Shown in pieces: positions 10,561-57,977 of a stretch of 64,000 nucleotides of DNA; within the stretch, counting starts at the first letter, position 1; every line of letters begins with the position of its first letter. Origin of the DNA: Malacoraja senta (taxonomy: Eukaryota). A program made the position numbers and the translations under genes. The notes below the pieces were generated by a model. The model did not search any database and was not told the origin of the DNA. It saw only the letters and a list, made by a program, of their open reading frames with translations. Where the stretch lies: the NCBI GenBank assembly GCA_038087875.1, contig CM075989.1:6324001-6388000 (forward strand), written 5' to 3'.

Positions 10561-13458
10561 CACAGTGGTGCAGCGGGTAGAGCTGCTGCCTCACAGCACC
10601 AGTTCGATGTATTGACCTCTCGGCCTCAAGGTCATGAGCCAAATGGCGTGGAAACAGGCCCTTCAGCCCAACCTACCCATGCCGACCAACATGCCCCATT
10701 TACGCCAGTCCCACCTGCCTGCATTTGACTGGGTGGTTTTAGAGAGCGACCACTCGCTGTCCACGGGCACCCTGGGGGGTTTCCGGGACCGCTGGACACC
10801 GCAGGGGTTGGAATGCATCCTTAATAAGGATGGAGAAATAGTTATTTAAGAATACTTGTTTGATGTATCATAATGGTAGGCTTGTTTGTATTGTACATAT
10901 TATTATAATGATTGAAAAAAAATCTATTTGTGGTTTTAAAAAGAACCAGGCCCGGCTGATGATGGAGCTCACCGGGAGAACGTACAAACTCTATACAGAT
11001 GGCATCTGTAGTCAGAATTGAAACCAGGTCTCTGGCGCTATAAGGCAGCAACTCTACCGCTGTGCCACCGTGCCACCTATCTGCTGCATAGGAAGCAACT
11101 ACAGATGCTGTTTTATACTGAAGATAGACACATCAGGCAACGTCTCCGGAGAAAAGGAATAGGTGACGTTTTGGGTCGGGACCCTTCGTCAGACCAGGAA
11201 TCTCTGCTATTTCACAAGTAATTCCTTGATTAGTACGGGCATGGATGGGTATGGGGAGAAGGCATGAGAACGGGGTGAGGAGGGAGGGATAGATCAGCTA
11301 TGATTGAATGGCGGTGTGGACTTGATAGCCTAATTCTACTCCTATCACCTATGATCTTATGACCTGCCGGTAGGAACGGTGGGCCCTGGTCGCACACCGC
11401 GGCCTCCGAACTCAGGCCCGAGCCACCGGCATTGACGAGGAGCACCCGCCAAGATCAAGGAGGGACGTGGAACATCGAGGCCGGAGTCCCTGGGGGGCGG
11501 TGACACGGAGAACAAAGGGGGCCCGGTGTAGGGGGGGGGGCGCCGAGAACAATGGAGCGTGGGGGAGGGGGGTGTGGGGGGTTGGGAAGAAGGCACTCAC
11601 AATATGTATGGGTACTTTTGTAACTTTGACAGTGCCTTGTGGCGACTCTTTTATGTGCCGTGTATGTAAAAAAACAAAGACTTCCACTGTACCTTGTGGT
11701 GGGAGATTGCACCCTTCACGTGGCCCACCCTGCCTCGACTAATGCAATCAACCCGACGTGCACAAACAAATGGATGTAGTGTTTTGATGTCTACAACTTT
11801 AGGCTGTGCACGCCATACACAAGAAGACTGTGCCTTCACGGTAGTGTAAGTAGAAAATATTCATCTATCCATCCATCTTTTCCATATCCCTCTTGGCCTA
11901 TCCTATCCATGTCCCTGTCTAAATGTTTCTTAAACATAGAAAATAGGTGCAGGAGGAGGCCATTCGGCCCTTTGAGCCAGCACCGCCATTCATTGTGATC
12001 ATGGCTGATCGTCCACAATCAATAACCCGTGCCTGCCTTCTCCCCATATCCCCCGATTCCGCTAGCCCCTAGAGCTCTATCTAACTCTCTCTTAAATCCA
12101 TCCAGTGATTTGGCCTCCACTGCCCTCTGTGGCAGGGACATTGTGATTGTACCTGCAAAGTGTGCCTCCAATCTCATCGGCCGACTTGCCTCAACCTTTC
12201 AAATGTTGCTGAGCACCTGGACCTCTGTGTCAATGTTGGCACCTACTCTGTCACCATGATGCACGGCAATATTGGACAATGCCCTCGCCGTTACCTTCTT
12301 CAAGATCCTGGGAAGGTGAGGCAGATCCCGGCAGAATCTTTGAAGCTGCTCTGCACATGAATCTCGATGTCCATCGCATGTTGCATCAGGTGCTGGAGAT
12401 ACAGCAGGGAAATAGGCCCTGAGGCCCGCAGGTCACCTACCCTCAACACTCATCCCACACTCTCATCAACTCCACCAGGGATACGTTACAGAGTCGAGGA
12501 AGCTGGGTGCTCTGGTCTGCACGTCTTTGGGATGTGGGAGCAGACCAGTGCACCCAGATGAAACCCACGCGGTCACGGGAAGAAAATGCAAATTCGACGC
12601 AGACAGCACCCGGGGTCAGGATGGAACCCAGGTCCCTGGCGCCGTGAGGTAGCAGCTCTACCTGCTGCACCAAAGCGCTGCCCTTAAATGCCCCTAGAGC
12701 TCTATCTAACTCACTCTTAAATCCATCCAGTGATTTGGCCTCCACTGCCCTCTGTGGCAGGGAATTCCACAAATTCACAACTCTCTGGGTGAAAAAGTTT
12801 TTTCTCACCTCAGTCTTAAATGGCCTCCCCTTTATTCTAAGACTGTGGCCCCTGGTTCTGGATTCTAAGACTGTGGCCCCCTGGTTCTGGACTCACAAGG
12901 GACCACTCTCTGAATGGAAACTTACCCACGAATGTGGCGATTTAAACATCGGAGGCAGCATTCAATTGGAGTCAACATCTAATAGCATGAAAACAGGACT
13001 AGCATCCCTCTTCCCATCAGAACTGGCCCCTCCATCGACTCCTTTAAGTCGAGACTTAAAACTCATCTTTACTCTCAAGCCTTTCTTGACGTCCTCTGAG
13101 GGAGGGCTATATGTATGTATTTATGTATGTACTTAATCTATGAACCACTGTTGAATAACGTTAGTACCTCCACCAATGTAAAGCACTTTGGTCAACGAGC
13201 GTTGTTTTTTAAATGTGCTATAGAAATAAAAGTGACTTGACTTGACTTTCCACCCCCACCACCCCCCCCCCCATCCCCAAACTCTCTTCCACCCATGTCC
13301 CTCCCTCCAGTTTACATTTCACTCCTCATCTCCTTATCTAACACCCTTTACTAGTCTCCTTTTCACCTCCAGCCTGTCTCCTACTCCACCCATCTACCAA
13401 TCAACAACCCCCCACCCCCCACCTATATATCACTATCACTTATTAGGCTTTGTGTTAA

Positions 13459-13752
13459 AGAAGGAACTGCAGATGCTGGAAAATCGAAGGTACACAAAAA
13501 TGCTGGAGAAACTCAGCGGGTGCAGCAGCATCTATGGAGCGAAGGAAATAGGTAACGTTTCGGGCCGAAACCCTTCTTCAGACTGATAGGGGGCCCAGCC
13601 CTCGGGCTCCTCCTCCGCCTTTTCCTTTTTTCCTTTCTTCTCCCCACCCCCTATCAGTCTGAAGAAGGGTTTCGGCCCGAAACGTTACCTATTTCCTTCG
13701 CTCCATAGATGCTGCTGCACCCGCTGAGTTTCTCCAGCATTTTTGTGTACCC
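13459..13752. repeat. Inverted pair of Penelope pLTRs (~100-bp arms)
   Basis: ggtacacaaaaatgctgg...cagactgataggggg is mirrored by ccccctatcagtctg...ccagcatttttgtgtacc. Confidence 0.9.
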
Positions 13753-13874
13753 ACCACTTATTAGGCTTTGCCTGGCCCCTGCCTCTCTTTTTCAGCTTTC
13801 TCCTGTGTTGAGGGCCCTAAAATAGGGTGTTAGCCTCTTTACCCAAGCTAATGTGTATTTGACACAGAGCAAAG

Positions 13875-14535
13875 TTTAATTTAGTTTAGTTTCAAGATAC
13901 AGTGTTGAGACTGGCCCTTCGGCCCACCAAATCCATACCAACCAACGATCACTTGTACACTCCACCCCAGGGACAATTCACAGAAGCCAATTAATCTACA
14001 AACCTGCATGTCTTTTGGAATGTGGGAGGAAAAGAGAGCACCAGAAAACCCATGTGGTCACAGGGAGAACGTACAAACTCCGTACAGACAGCACCTGTAG
14101 TCAGGATTGAACCGGGGTCTCTGGTGCCGGGGGGGCAGCAACTCTACCGCTGCGCCACCATGCCTCCCAAAAAGTGCAGCAGATTGATTAGACTGTTGGC
14201 TGAACAGGAACTTGTGGAGTTCAGAAGAATGGGAGATGATCTTACTTAAGCTGTTCCAGGGTTTAATTTAGAGATACAGTGCGGAAACAAGCCATTCGGC
14301 CTACCGAGCCTATGCCACCAGCAATCCCCGCACACCAACACTATCCTACACACACTAGGGACAATTTTACCAAGCCAATTAACCTACAAACCTGTACGTC
14401 TTTGGAGTGTGGGAGGAAACAGGAACACTCAAGAGATCCATGGTCACAGGGAGAAGGTACAAACTCCGTACAGACAGCACCCGTAGTCAGGATCGAACCT
14501 GTGTCTGTGGCGCTGTAAGGCAGCCACTCGACCAC
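13875..14535 (-). mobile_element. Two HE1-like SINEs (13875-14165, 14265-14535)
   Basis: Reverse complement of the SINE consensus. Confidence 0.8.
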
Positions 14536-14814
14536 TGGATGGATGTTTCATCATATTGAAGCATCTCGAGCCAGCAGCCAGTCTCAGGTCACGCAGGTTG
14601 GAGACATGTCCTGAGTGGGCGGTGAATCATTGCATTTCTCTACCCAAGAGGTTTGTGGAGAATCCGTCGTTGGGTTTACTCACAACAGAGCGATTTCTAC
14701 ATCTTAATGGGAATAAATTGTGCAGGAAAATGACACTAATAGATCAGACTGGAATAGCAGGTCAAGGCCAGATGGCCTATGTAGATCAGTCAGTATTAGT
14801 TAACCTGATCCATG

Positions 14815-15391
14815 ACTGGACTACTGTAACTCTCTTCTTTTCGGAATCAATTCCAGCAACATCAAACGACTCCAACTGGTCCAGAATGCAGCCGCCCGAC
14901 TCATTACCCACACCAACTCCTGGCACCACATCACCCCAGTTCTCAAAGAACTTCACTGGCTTCCCATTTCCCACCGGATCACCTACAAAATCCTGGTCCT
15001 CACCTACAAAGCCCTCAACCTGGCCCCCCCTTATCTCATTGACCTCCTCTCCCCCTACCAACCCTCACGGTCCCTCAGATCCACATCAGCTGGTCTCCTC
15101 TCCACTCCGAATTCAAACCTCTGCACTTTTGGAGGCAGAGCCTTCTCCAGGGCAGCTCCCAGGCTCTGGAATTCCCTCCCACAACCGGTCCGAAATTCTG
15201 AGTCCCTCACCATCTTCCAGTCCCGCCTCAAGACCCATCTCTTCACCTCTGCATACCCTTAGTCCCATGTTCCCCTCCCCTCTGTCTTACTGCTCTATTT
15301 TGTTTTGTTTATTCCTGACTCTCAATTGTAAAGCGACTTTGAGTCCTGAAAAGCGCTATATAAATAAAATCTATTATTATTATTATTATTA
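14815..15391 (+). mobile_element. L2-type LINE 3' fragment
   Basis: Decayed frames read LDYCNSL, RLQLVQNAAARL, HITPVL..LHWLP, FGGRAFSRAAPRLWNSLP; (TAT)n tail. Confidence 0.85.
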
Positions 15392-15933
15392 CAGCCTACT
15401 CCTATTTCCAAAGTTGTTTAGTTAATTTAAAGATTCAGCACGAAAACAGGCCATTCAGCCCACCAGGTCCATGCCAACTATCGATCACCCATTCTCACTA
15501 ATTCTACGTTTAAGAAGGAACTGCAGATGCTGGAAAATGAAAGGTAGACAAAAATGCTGGAGAAACTCAGCGGGTGAGGCAGCATCTAGATGCTGCCTCG
15601 CCCGCTGAGTTTCTCCAGCATTTTTGTCTACGCACTAATTCTATGCTATCCCATTTCTTCATACACACAAGGGTCAGTTTACAGAGGGCCAATTAACCTA
15701 CAAACCCGCACATCTTTGGGATGTGGGAGGTAAGAAACGGGAGCGCTCGGAGGAACCCCACACGGTCACAGGGAGGACGTGCAAACTCCACACTGTCAGC
15801 ACCTGAGGTCGGGATCGAACTGTGGTTCTCTGGCGCTGTGAGGCAGCAGCTCTACCAGCTGCACCACTCCTGTGTTCTTCCATGGGTGTCTGAACCTTTC
15901 TCTGGCAATATCGTTGCCAGAAATCTTTAGGAT

Positions 15934-16434
15934 TAATATTGAAATTTTGGAAAAAATACACCAATACCAACGCTCAAAATGTGGATTGCAAGTATGTTGG
16001 ATACCGCACATCTTGAGGAAATGCGATTCCTCCTAATAGATAAATTTGACCAATTCATAACGAGTTGGTCCCCATTTGTCATCTTTTTGGAATCATATGG
16101 TGCAACACAGGTGTAAAAGCTAATCCGTGCCTGGGGATGGTCAAGATTATAAATGATCTCCTTACTTCTATTTTCTTTTCTTCTCTTCTCTTCTTTTATT
16201 CTCTTTCTTCTATTTTCTATGTCTCAACTTTCTTTTTTTCACTCTCTAGTTTTCTTTTTCACACACTATATATCTCACATTTTTCTATTTTTCATTATCT
16301 AACTTTTCTCTTTTTCTTCTTTATTACAAAAAAAAATTTAAATAAGAAGCTGTACATAAAAGGTATTATGAAAATATGATTGTATACAATTGTACTTCTA
16401 ATAAAATAAAAATATTTTTAAAATTAAAAAAAAA
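15934..16434 (+). mobile_element. 5'-truncated L1 with poly(A) and 13-bp TSD
   Basis: ILKFWKK..PTLKMWIASMLDTAHLEEMRF ORF2 end, AATAAA plus A-tail; TSD aaatctttaggat at 15921-15933 and 16435-16447. Confidence 0.85.
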
Positions 16435-17334
16435 AAATCTTTAGGATATTTTCCCCAAATACTCTCTACTCCTTAAATCCCACTGCATTTCCACCTGCAC
16501 CTTAAAGACTCAGTTCTGCATTTCATTTGATAAAGCACGGGAGGGTATGTTACTGTTGAATTAATATGCCTTTGACAGCAAAATCGCTCGTCCCACTGTC
16601 CCACACTGAAATGCACCATCTGAGTAATAACTTAGCAACACAGAGTAAGGTGTAGGAAAATTTAATACGTACTATAAACAAAGTATTTACACCCAAAATG
16701 CACTAACAGTGGCCTTTTTCACAAATATAAATTAATATTTACTTTTCTTTAAAGTCATTTAAAAAGTCCACATAAGTTTTACAGAACTGTACCGACCATT
16801 TCAGCAAAACAAAAAAACTACGTGGGACTTGGCAGCTGATATTTCATTGTCCTCTTCCGTTTCATCAACGTCTGTCTCCGTCATTCTTACCGTCTTGTGG
16901 CTGAAGTCATTAGAAAATGTCCTAAAAAAAGGGAGAACTTGGGGGATATATCCTTTGCGTCTGGTGGGGCCGAGGCAGCTTCGGACGGTGACGGCTGTCG
17001 TGTGGATGATTGGGAGGAATCGAGGATGGGATATCAAGGAACTACACACCAGTTGAACACCGCGAAGCCCAATGAACACGGCCCGACTTGTTTCTGATCT
17101 CAGCAAGACCTCGTGGAGCTTTCTACACCGTGACAGACCAATTCAGTTTGTTTTTTAAGTGGTCAAGTAAAGGCAGGAAGCTTTCTTCAGAAGTACCTTT
17201 GGAAGGGTCTGTCTTCCAGTCTCCTCCAGCTGGCATTGTCCAGCACACTAGCTCGCGCTCATTGTTACAACTTCCTCACACTTTACCCATGAACACAGCT
17301 AAGATTCAGCCTGAATACTGATTGTAGAATTGCA

Positions 17335-17940
17335 CAATCCCCCCCACCCCTTTTCCCGAGAAAGCAAATGCTGCACTTGTCGCTTTACCTCCCCCCTTGA
17401 CTCCATTCAAGGACCCAAGCAGTCGTTCCAGGTGCGACAGAGGTTCACCTGCATCTCCTCCAACCTCATCTATTGCATCCGCTGCTCTAGATGTCAGCTG
17501 ATCTACATCGCTGAGACCAAGCGTAGGCTTGGCGATCGCTTCGCCCAACACCTCCGCTCGGTTCGCAATAACCAACCTGATCTCCCGGTGGCTCAGCACT
17601 TCAACTCCCCCTCGCATTCCGAATCCGACCTTTCTGTCCTGGGCCTCCTCCATGGCCAGAGTGAGGACCACCGGAAATTGGAGGAGCAGCACCTCATATT
17701 TCGCTTGGGCAGTTTGCACCTCAGTGGCATGAACATTGACTTCTCTAATTTCTGGTAGCCCTCTGTCTCCTCCCCTTCTCAGCTCTCCCTCAGCTCACTG
17801 GCTCCTCCTCTTCCTTTCTTCTTCCCGCCCCCGCCACCCTACATCAGTCTGAAGAAGGGTGTTGGCCCGAAACGTTGCCTATTTCCTTCGCTCCACAGAT
17901 GCTGCCTCACCCGCTGAGTTTCTCCAGCATGTTTGTCTAC
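17335..17940 (+). mobile_element. Penelope-like element 3' fragment (GIY-YIG endonuclease and pLTR)
   Basis: ORF 17330..17758 FTCISSNLIYCIRCSRCQLIYIAETKRRLGDRFAQH. Confidence 0.9.
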
Positions 17941-20599
17941 CCACTGCTCATTTACAGTGTAGGAAGGAACTGCAGAACTGTAGATCAATGACATCTTCGG
18001 TCGTGGTCTCTATATCTGGGTCTCTACACTCGCCATGCACGTCCTCCTTGGTGGTGTGGATACTATCTGACCTCTATATGCAATCTGTATAAGGGGGGGG
18101 GGAATCCTTTGCATTTCCTATACAACAGGCAGGAATTATTAACCCTCCTGCCCCAGCGCCCTGTATTAGGAGGGATGGTCTTTGTATCTCCGATACACCA
18201 TCCAACTCCGTCCACCAAATGCCACCCGATGTGATGACCGAGAGGCAGGATTGACACAAGCAGCTCACTGCACCAAGGTGCATGTGTGTCCGCATGGTCT
18301 GCCGCTCCGCGATGCATGGCTGCAGTTCAGAGACTGGAGGCTCAGGCCAGGCATGGTCCAGCCACGGGGTGAGTGGGTCACCTTGGCCTACGCCCACAAC
18401 GTTTAACGAGAAGAATGATGATTTGGGGAAGACCACGTTCCAAATTAACGACTGACGTGCTGGAGAAACACAACTGACGGAGATAGAGGAGGTTAGAGCC
18501 TTGAGGGAGGCTCAGAGTTTCTGTTGATCGGGCCAACTCTACAGTGGGGGAGGGAGAGATCCAATAACAGGTCACAATGTCAACAGGACTCAAAGAACCC
18601 CCCCCCCCCATCCCTGGAAGTGGCCATCAGCCTTCAGTCTTGGAGGAAACACGTTTCACATTTAATGTTCATCTCTCATTAAATATTTCTGCCTAGTAGG
18701 AGCTAAAGTATTGCAATGATGGGGTGGGAGATTGCAACCTTCACGAGGTCCGCCCTGTTTCGACGAATGCAATCAAATAGAACATGTTGTCCTACAGCTT
18801 TAGGCTGTGCACGCCATTAGCAAGAAGATTGCAATGTTCACAACATTAACCAACGGTGAAGCGCAACTTAATGGACACTTGCAATTTCGAAACGAAATGG
18901 TGTCCGGGATCTTGTTCCAACACTGTCGGGTGGTGCAAACCATCTCCTCCACTGATGCAGGCCGATTATTGTTAGCAGCAGGAAACACAAGGGTGAGAAG
19001 CAGTCTCGCAGGTGGTTCTGGTATAACCCCACGGTTGTTGCAATAGGCAATGGATGGGGTGTTGGGGCCAGAGAGTTTCAGACTCGCAATAACAAACTTA
19101 TTTTTTATCCTGCACGATTTTCAAAAATAAAGTTTCTGTTTAATAGTTTCAAGTTTGCTTTTGTTACTGCAAGCTAAAAGGGCTAAAGACTCTTGGTTTC
19201 ATAGAGCCTCATTGCACAAGAGCCAGTAGAAGCAACGGCTTGTCAATTTCAATGCCTTCCCGCTGAAACTAGCAGCTGTGTTCTTAAAAGACAATGGTGT
19301 TTGATTACTGCGGGGAGGTTACAGGGAAGGAGGTTTTTCTTCCAACACTGATTTTTTTTCCCCGAGACAGCTTTTTTTCCAGCTTGTTGATTACCAAATT
19401 ATTAAGTGGCTCTCCGGCTCCCAATTGAAATAACGTTATAAGTCTTTGTAACACTAATAATGTTGCCCAATTAATCAGGCCCGTTACATCCAACTCTTCT
19501 TATGGAAACAGGCGTTACAGCAGAACTACCTGTAATAAATGCAAGACAGTGAAGTATAGGTAGATACTGTGGCTTGCTTCTCTCCAATCACTGACGGTGA
19601 CCAGGTTCATTAACAAAGCTTAACCTCGGTGACAACAGATAGTCAGTCAGCAGACCAGATCCCATTTTGGCGTTCACTAGCTGTACACTTACTTAAAAAC
19701 AAAAGTTGCACTTTTATAATCTATCTCACAATCTGGAGGTACAGTTATGTTTACAGTGAGAGTTTCGAGAGGGGAACAGATGGGGTAGACAGTCAGAATC
19801 CTTTTTACCAGGATGGAAATATCAAATACTAGAGGGCGTAGCTTGAAGGTGAGAGGGGCAAAGTTTAAAGGAGATGTGCGAGGCAATTTGTTCATTTACA
19901 CAGAGGGTGTCGAGTGCCTGGAACGTGCTGCCAGTGGTGGTGGTTGAAGCAGACACATTGGTGCCATTTTAAAGACTTTTGGATGGGTATATGGACATGC
20001 ATGGAATGGTGGGATATGGGTTATGTGCAGGTAGATCCGGGATGGTTTGGGCATCACAGACATTGTGGGCCGAAGGGTTTCTTGTGCTGTACTGTTTTAT
20101 GTTCTATAATCACCTTCCACACTCATTCAATCCCAGTGGAAGTGTTTGGCCTGCTGCGTGGACTGCACAAACATTGCCATGTTGGAGGCAAGTCAACGGA
20201 ACAGGGGAGCACATTCAGGACCACGTTGAGATGAAGTGAGAGGAAGGAAGGAATTAGGATTCCAGGGCTTGTTAGCACACCAGTGCCCGAACAAAGTACA
20301 GATAAGGAAACCATTTAAAGGCATCTGGATGAGGACAGACTGAAAGCAGAAGAACTGGGGGAAGTTAGAAACCAGGAGCGAAAAAGCAGAAAATGGAACC
20401 AGCAGGTCTAGATCAGTTGGAACAATGTTTTGGATCGAGACCCTGCATCACAACATGGAAAGAAAGGAACGAAATGCATTTGCAGAATGGAAGGCTGGGA
20501 TTGAGGAACATTCCCTCATCCTCTATTTGGGAAGGTTACACACTTGTATTAAACTGTACACAGAAAAGAATGTCACTGTACCTCGGTACATGTGACAAA

Positions 20600-21062
20600 C
20601 GTGCCGCAAGGAATTGCCGCAGCCCAGACCATCACACAAACCAACCTCCCTGCCATTGTCTCCATTTATACCTCACGCTGCCTCAGCAAAGCCAGCAGCA
20701 TAATCAAGGACGAGTCGCACCCTGGCCACTCCCTCTTCTCCTCTCCCATCAGGCAAGAGGTATAGAAGTGTGAAAACGCAGACCTCCAGATTCAGGGACA
20801 GTTTCTTCCCAGCTGTTATCAGGCAACTGAATCATCCTACCACAACCAGAGAGCAGTGCTGAACTACTATCTACCTCACTGGTGACCCTCGGACTATCCT
20901 TGATCGGACTTTACTGGCTTTACCTTGCACTAAATGTTATTCCCTTATCATATGTCTGTACATTGTAAATGGCTCGATTGTAATCATGTATTGTCTTTCT
21001 GCTGACAGGTTAGCACGCAATAAAAGCTTTTCACTGTACCTCGGTACACGTGACAATAAACT
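20600..21062 (+). mobile_element. Rex1-type 3' fragment
   Basis: HPGHSLFS.LPSGKRYRSVKT.TSRFRDSFFPAVIRQLN followed by the ...cactgtacctcggtacacgtgacaataaa tail. Confidence 0.8.
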
Positions 21063-22199
21063 AGACTCTACTGTAAATAAAGTACTGTACCATTTCATGT
21101 ACCCCTTGGGACTTAACATTGAATCCGACCATTTCAGGCACCTCTCCTTATTTTCCTTCTCCTCACGTGTGGTTCTGCCTTTCCTTTGCCAACGTTGTTT
21201 TGTCGGCTCTGTCCATAACCGTTCCATTGTGATACTGGGACAACCGTGGCTTGGCCCCTCTCACAGACATTCACTTTGTTCCCTCTATCGAGCACGGTTA
21301 TTTTCTTCCTATTCCAACTCCGACTGCAGGTCCCTGACCTGAAACGCCGAGCGTCTCGCTCCTCACTGGCGCTGCCCGACCCGCAACCAACTTCCTGAAT
21401 TTTACTGTTTGTGAAAGAAACCCAAACCATAATCGCCAACGGCCCAAGTTACCCTACTTTGTCCCGCCACTCAAACAAAATTCACCGGATTGGTGTAATG
21501 AGAAGAATAGGAAAGGTTTTGGTGACACAAGATGGCGACGCAGGCAAGTATTGGGCCAAATGGGACGAGCTTGGATGGGGCACGTTGGTCAGCATGGAGG
21601 AGTTGGGCTGAAGGGCCTGGGTCCATGCTGTAAGAATGCTTTTACCCATAAATATCCACCTTCAAGAGTTTTAGTTGGTGAAAGGTTGGTGGTGAATCGA
21701 AGCGTTATTGTGAAGGAAGGAACTGCAGATGCTGGTTTATACCGAAGATAGACACAAAGTGCTGGAGTATCTCAAGTGGGCCAGGCAGCATCTCTGGAGA
21801 AAAACGATGGGCGACGTTTCAGGTCGGGTCCCTTGTGAGTGAATAGCAAGGGAGGGAGTGGGGTGAATGGATGGAAGCAGGAATGACGATGGTGATATTA
21901 GAGGCAGGCACGTTGAAGTTGGGGGGCAGGAGAGCAGGGTGACCTGTAGGGGAAAGCTCCACTTTCGCCTTGACTGGACACACTGAGGCTCAACTTATAG
22001 ATGGATTAGCAGAGAATGAAGGGGTATCAGGTAGATATGTGAAGGTCTTGGCACAGACACCATTCTATGTCCATTCAGGAACTGCCCTGGGTCCAGGAAC
22101 GCAGGGACACTCTGGACCTCAAACACTGACAATGGCACAAACACTCACTTTGGGCATATTTCCCCGCTCACATCTGGTTCACCAAAGTCCTCTATCTCC

Positions 22200-23584
22200 A
22201 CCAGCTCCGCCTTATCTTTCCTCTTTGAAATAAAAAAGTACATATTTCTGTAGCCCCCCCCCCCCCCCCCTCCCTATCAAACACAGGTCAGAACAAAGTA
22301 GTAAAAAAATAAGTTCTTTGCCAGCGGTGCTGTGGTGATCCTGGTGGAGTGAGAGTGAGGAACCTGGGAGCAGGCAGCGTAAGGAGAAGCAAATGGAACA
22401 ACGTGCTTGCGCTGAGAGTGAGGGCATGCAATGCTTCAATATTGCGGCCACTGAAGACACCCACTGATCCTTCCTCTGCTTCTTGTGCAGGTAAAAGCCC
22501 TAATACTTGTTGTGAATAAAGACACTACATTCTAACGACAGGTTGAAGCGCGGGGGAAAAGGTGAAGTTCTATCCCGACAGGATACCAAGTGCCGCTCCC
22601 CCGCTGTTCTGCCGACCCACCGCCCCCCGTGGACCGTGGAAGAATTCGGAAGCTCGCTGCGTCCTTCCCGCTTTGTTTTTGTTTGGTGTTCCGCGGGCAG
22701 GTCAGGGCAGTACCGCAGACAGGTTGGCACGTGGCACACCGCTCACTCTCTCCCTCCCCCCCCCCTCAATCGCCTGCGTCTTGCGGCCGTCGTGTTCCCC
22801 GCTGGTTTCTGCAACCATGTCGGGGGTGGGGGTGGGGTGGGGGGGTAGGACGGACCTGCCCGACACCAGCGCACACAGCGGGCGTTGGTCGCGCACGTCG
22901 AGGGTGCAACACCCACGTAGTTTGGCAAAGACCATTGGAACAGGTAAAGATGACAGAAGACAAGGCGTTCTCCCTCCCGGAGATGCTCCCTCGGCTGAAG
23001 GCCGGGCCAAGAGGGGCTCTCCTCAGAAAGGGCACGCTGAAACCATTGCCTGCAATGTAGTTGTCATCTCCCACGAGGCCGTTCCTTCCCCCCTGCCACA
23101 GACGGGCTGAGATTCCAGAAGGAGCCCGCGTGATTTCTTGCAGTCGGGCCATCGCTGGGCTTTGTCCAAGTTGTGAGTGGCCCTCTGTTCAAGCAGCAGA
23201 ATCATCTCCCATTCTCCCCGAATATTTCACATTCGTTATGCCATTGATATCACAGTAGTCACTCCTTGGATCTGTGTATGTGTGTGTGTGTGTGTGCATG
23301 TGTGTGTGTGTACATGTGTGTGTGTGCGTGTACGTGTGAGCGAGTGTGTATATGTGTGTGTATGCATGTGTGCGATTGTGTATGTGTGTGTGTGTGTGTG
23401 TGTTTGTGCACGTGTGTGAGTGTGAGTGTGTATGTGTGTGTATTTGCGAGTGTGTGCGCGCAAGTGTGTGCATGTGGGTGGGTCTTGTGAGAAAAGGGAT
23501 ACACGTGAGGGTTCCACTTCAGCACGATTGGCGGAAGAGTGGAGCAGTTTCCTTGTTTCGCCCTGGGGCCGGGCGGGCGGGTCT
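22200..23584 (-). other. CHD2: CHD2 3' UTR, proximal part (distal end uncertain)
   Basis: Non-repeat sequence immediately downstream of the stop codon. Confidence 0.7.
23275..23475. repeat. Imperfect (TG)n microsatellite in the CHD2 3' UTR (CA-rich in the mRNA)
   Basis: Read directly from sequence. Confidence 0.95.
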
Positions 23585-57867
<34,283 letters not shown>

Positions 57868-57977
57868 CTGAAACACCAGGACAGGACCTTACAGACCATG
57901 GGCATTGACAATAAACAATAGACAATAGGTGCAGGAGTAGGCCATTCAGCCCTTCGAGCCAGCACCACCATTCACTC

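Noticed and set aside
14556..15425. 289-aa plus-strand ORF
   Set aside because: Mostly an out-of-frame reading of an L2 3' fragment plus CR1 remnants; Pro/Ser-rich with no recognisable domain.
16801..17106. 101-aa minus-strand ORF with an acidic end, as an extra exon or gene
   Set aside because: No ATG start, no convincing splice context and no recognisable homology; better explained as UTR-like sequence.
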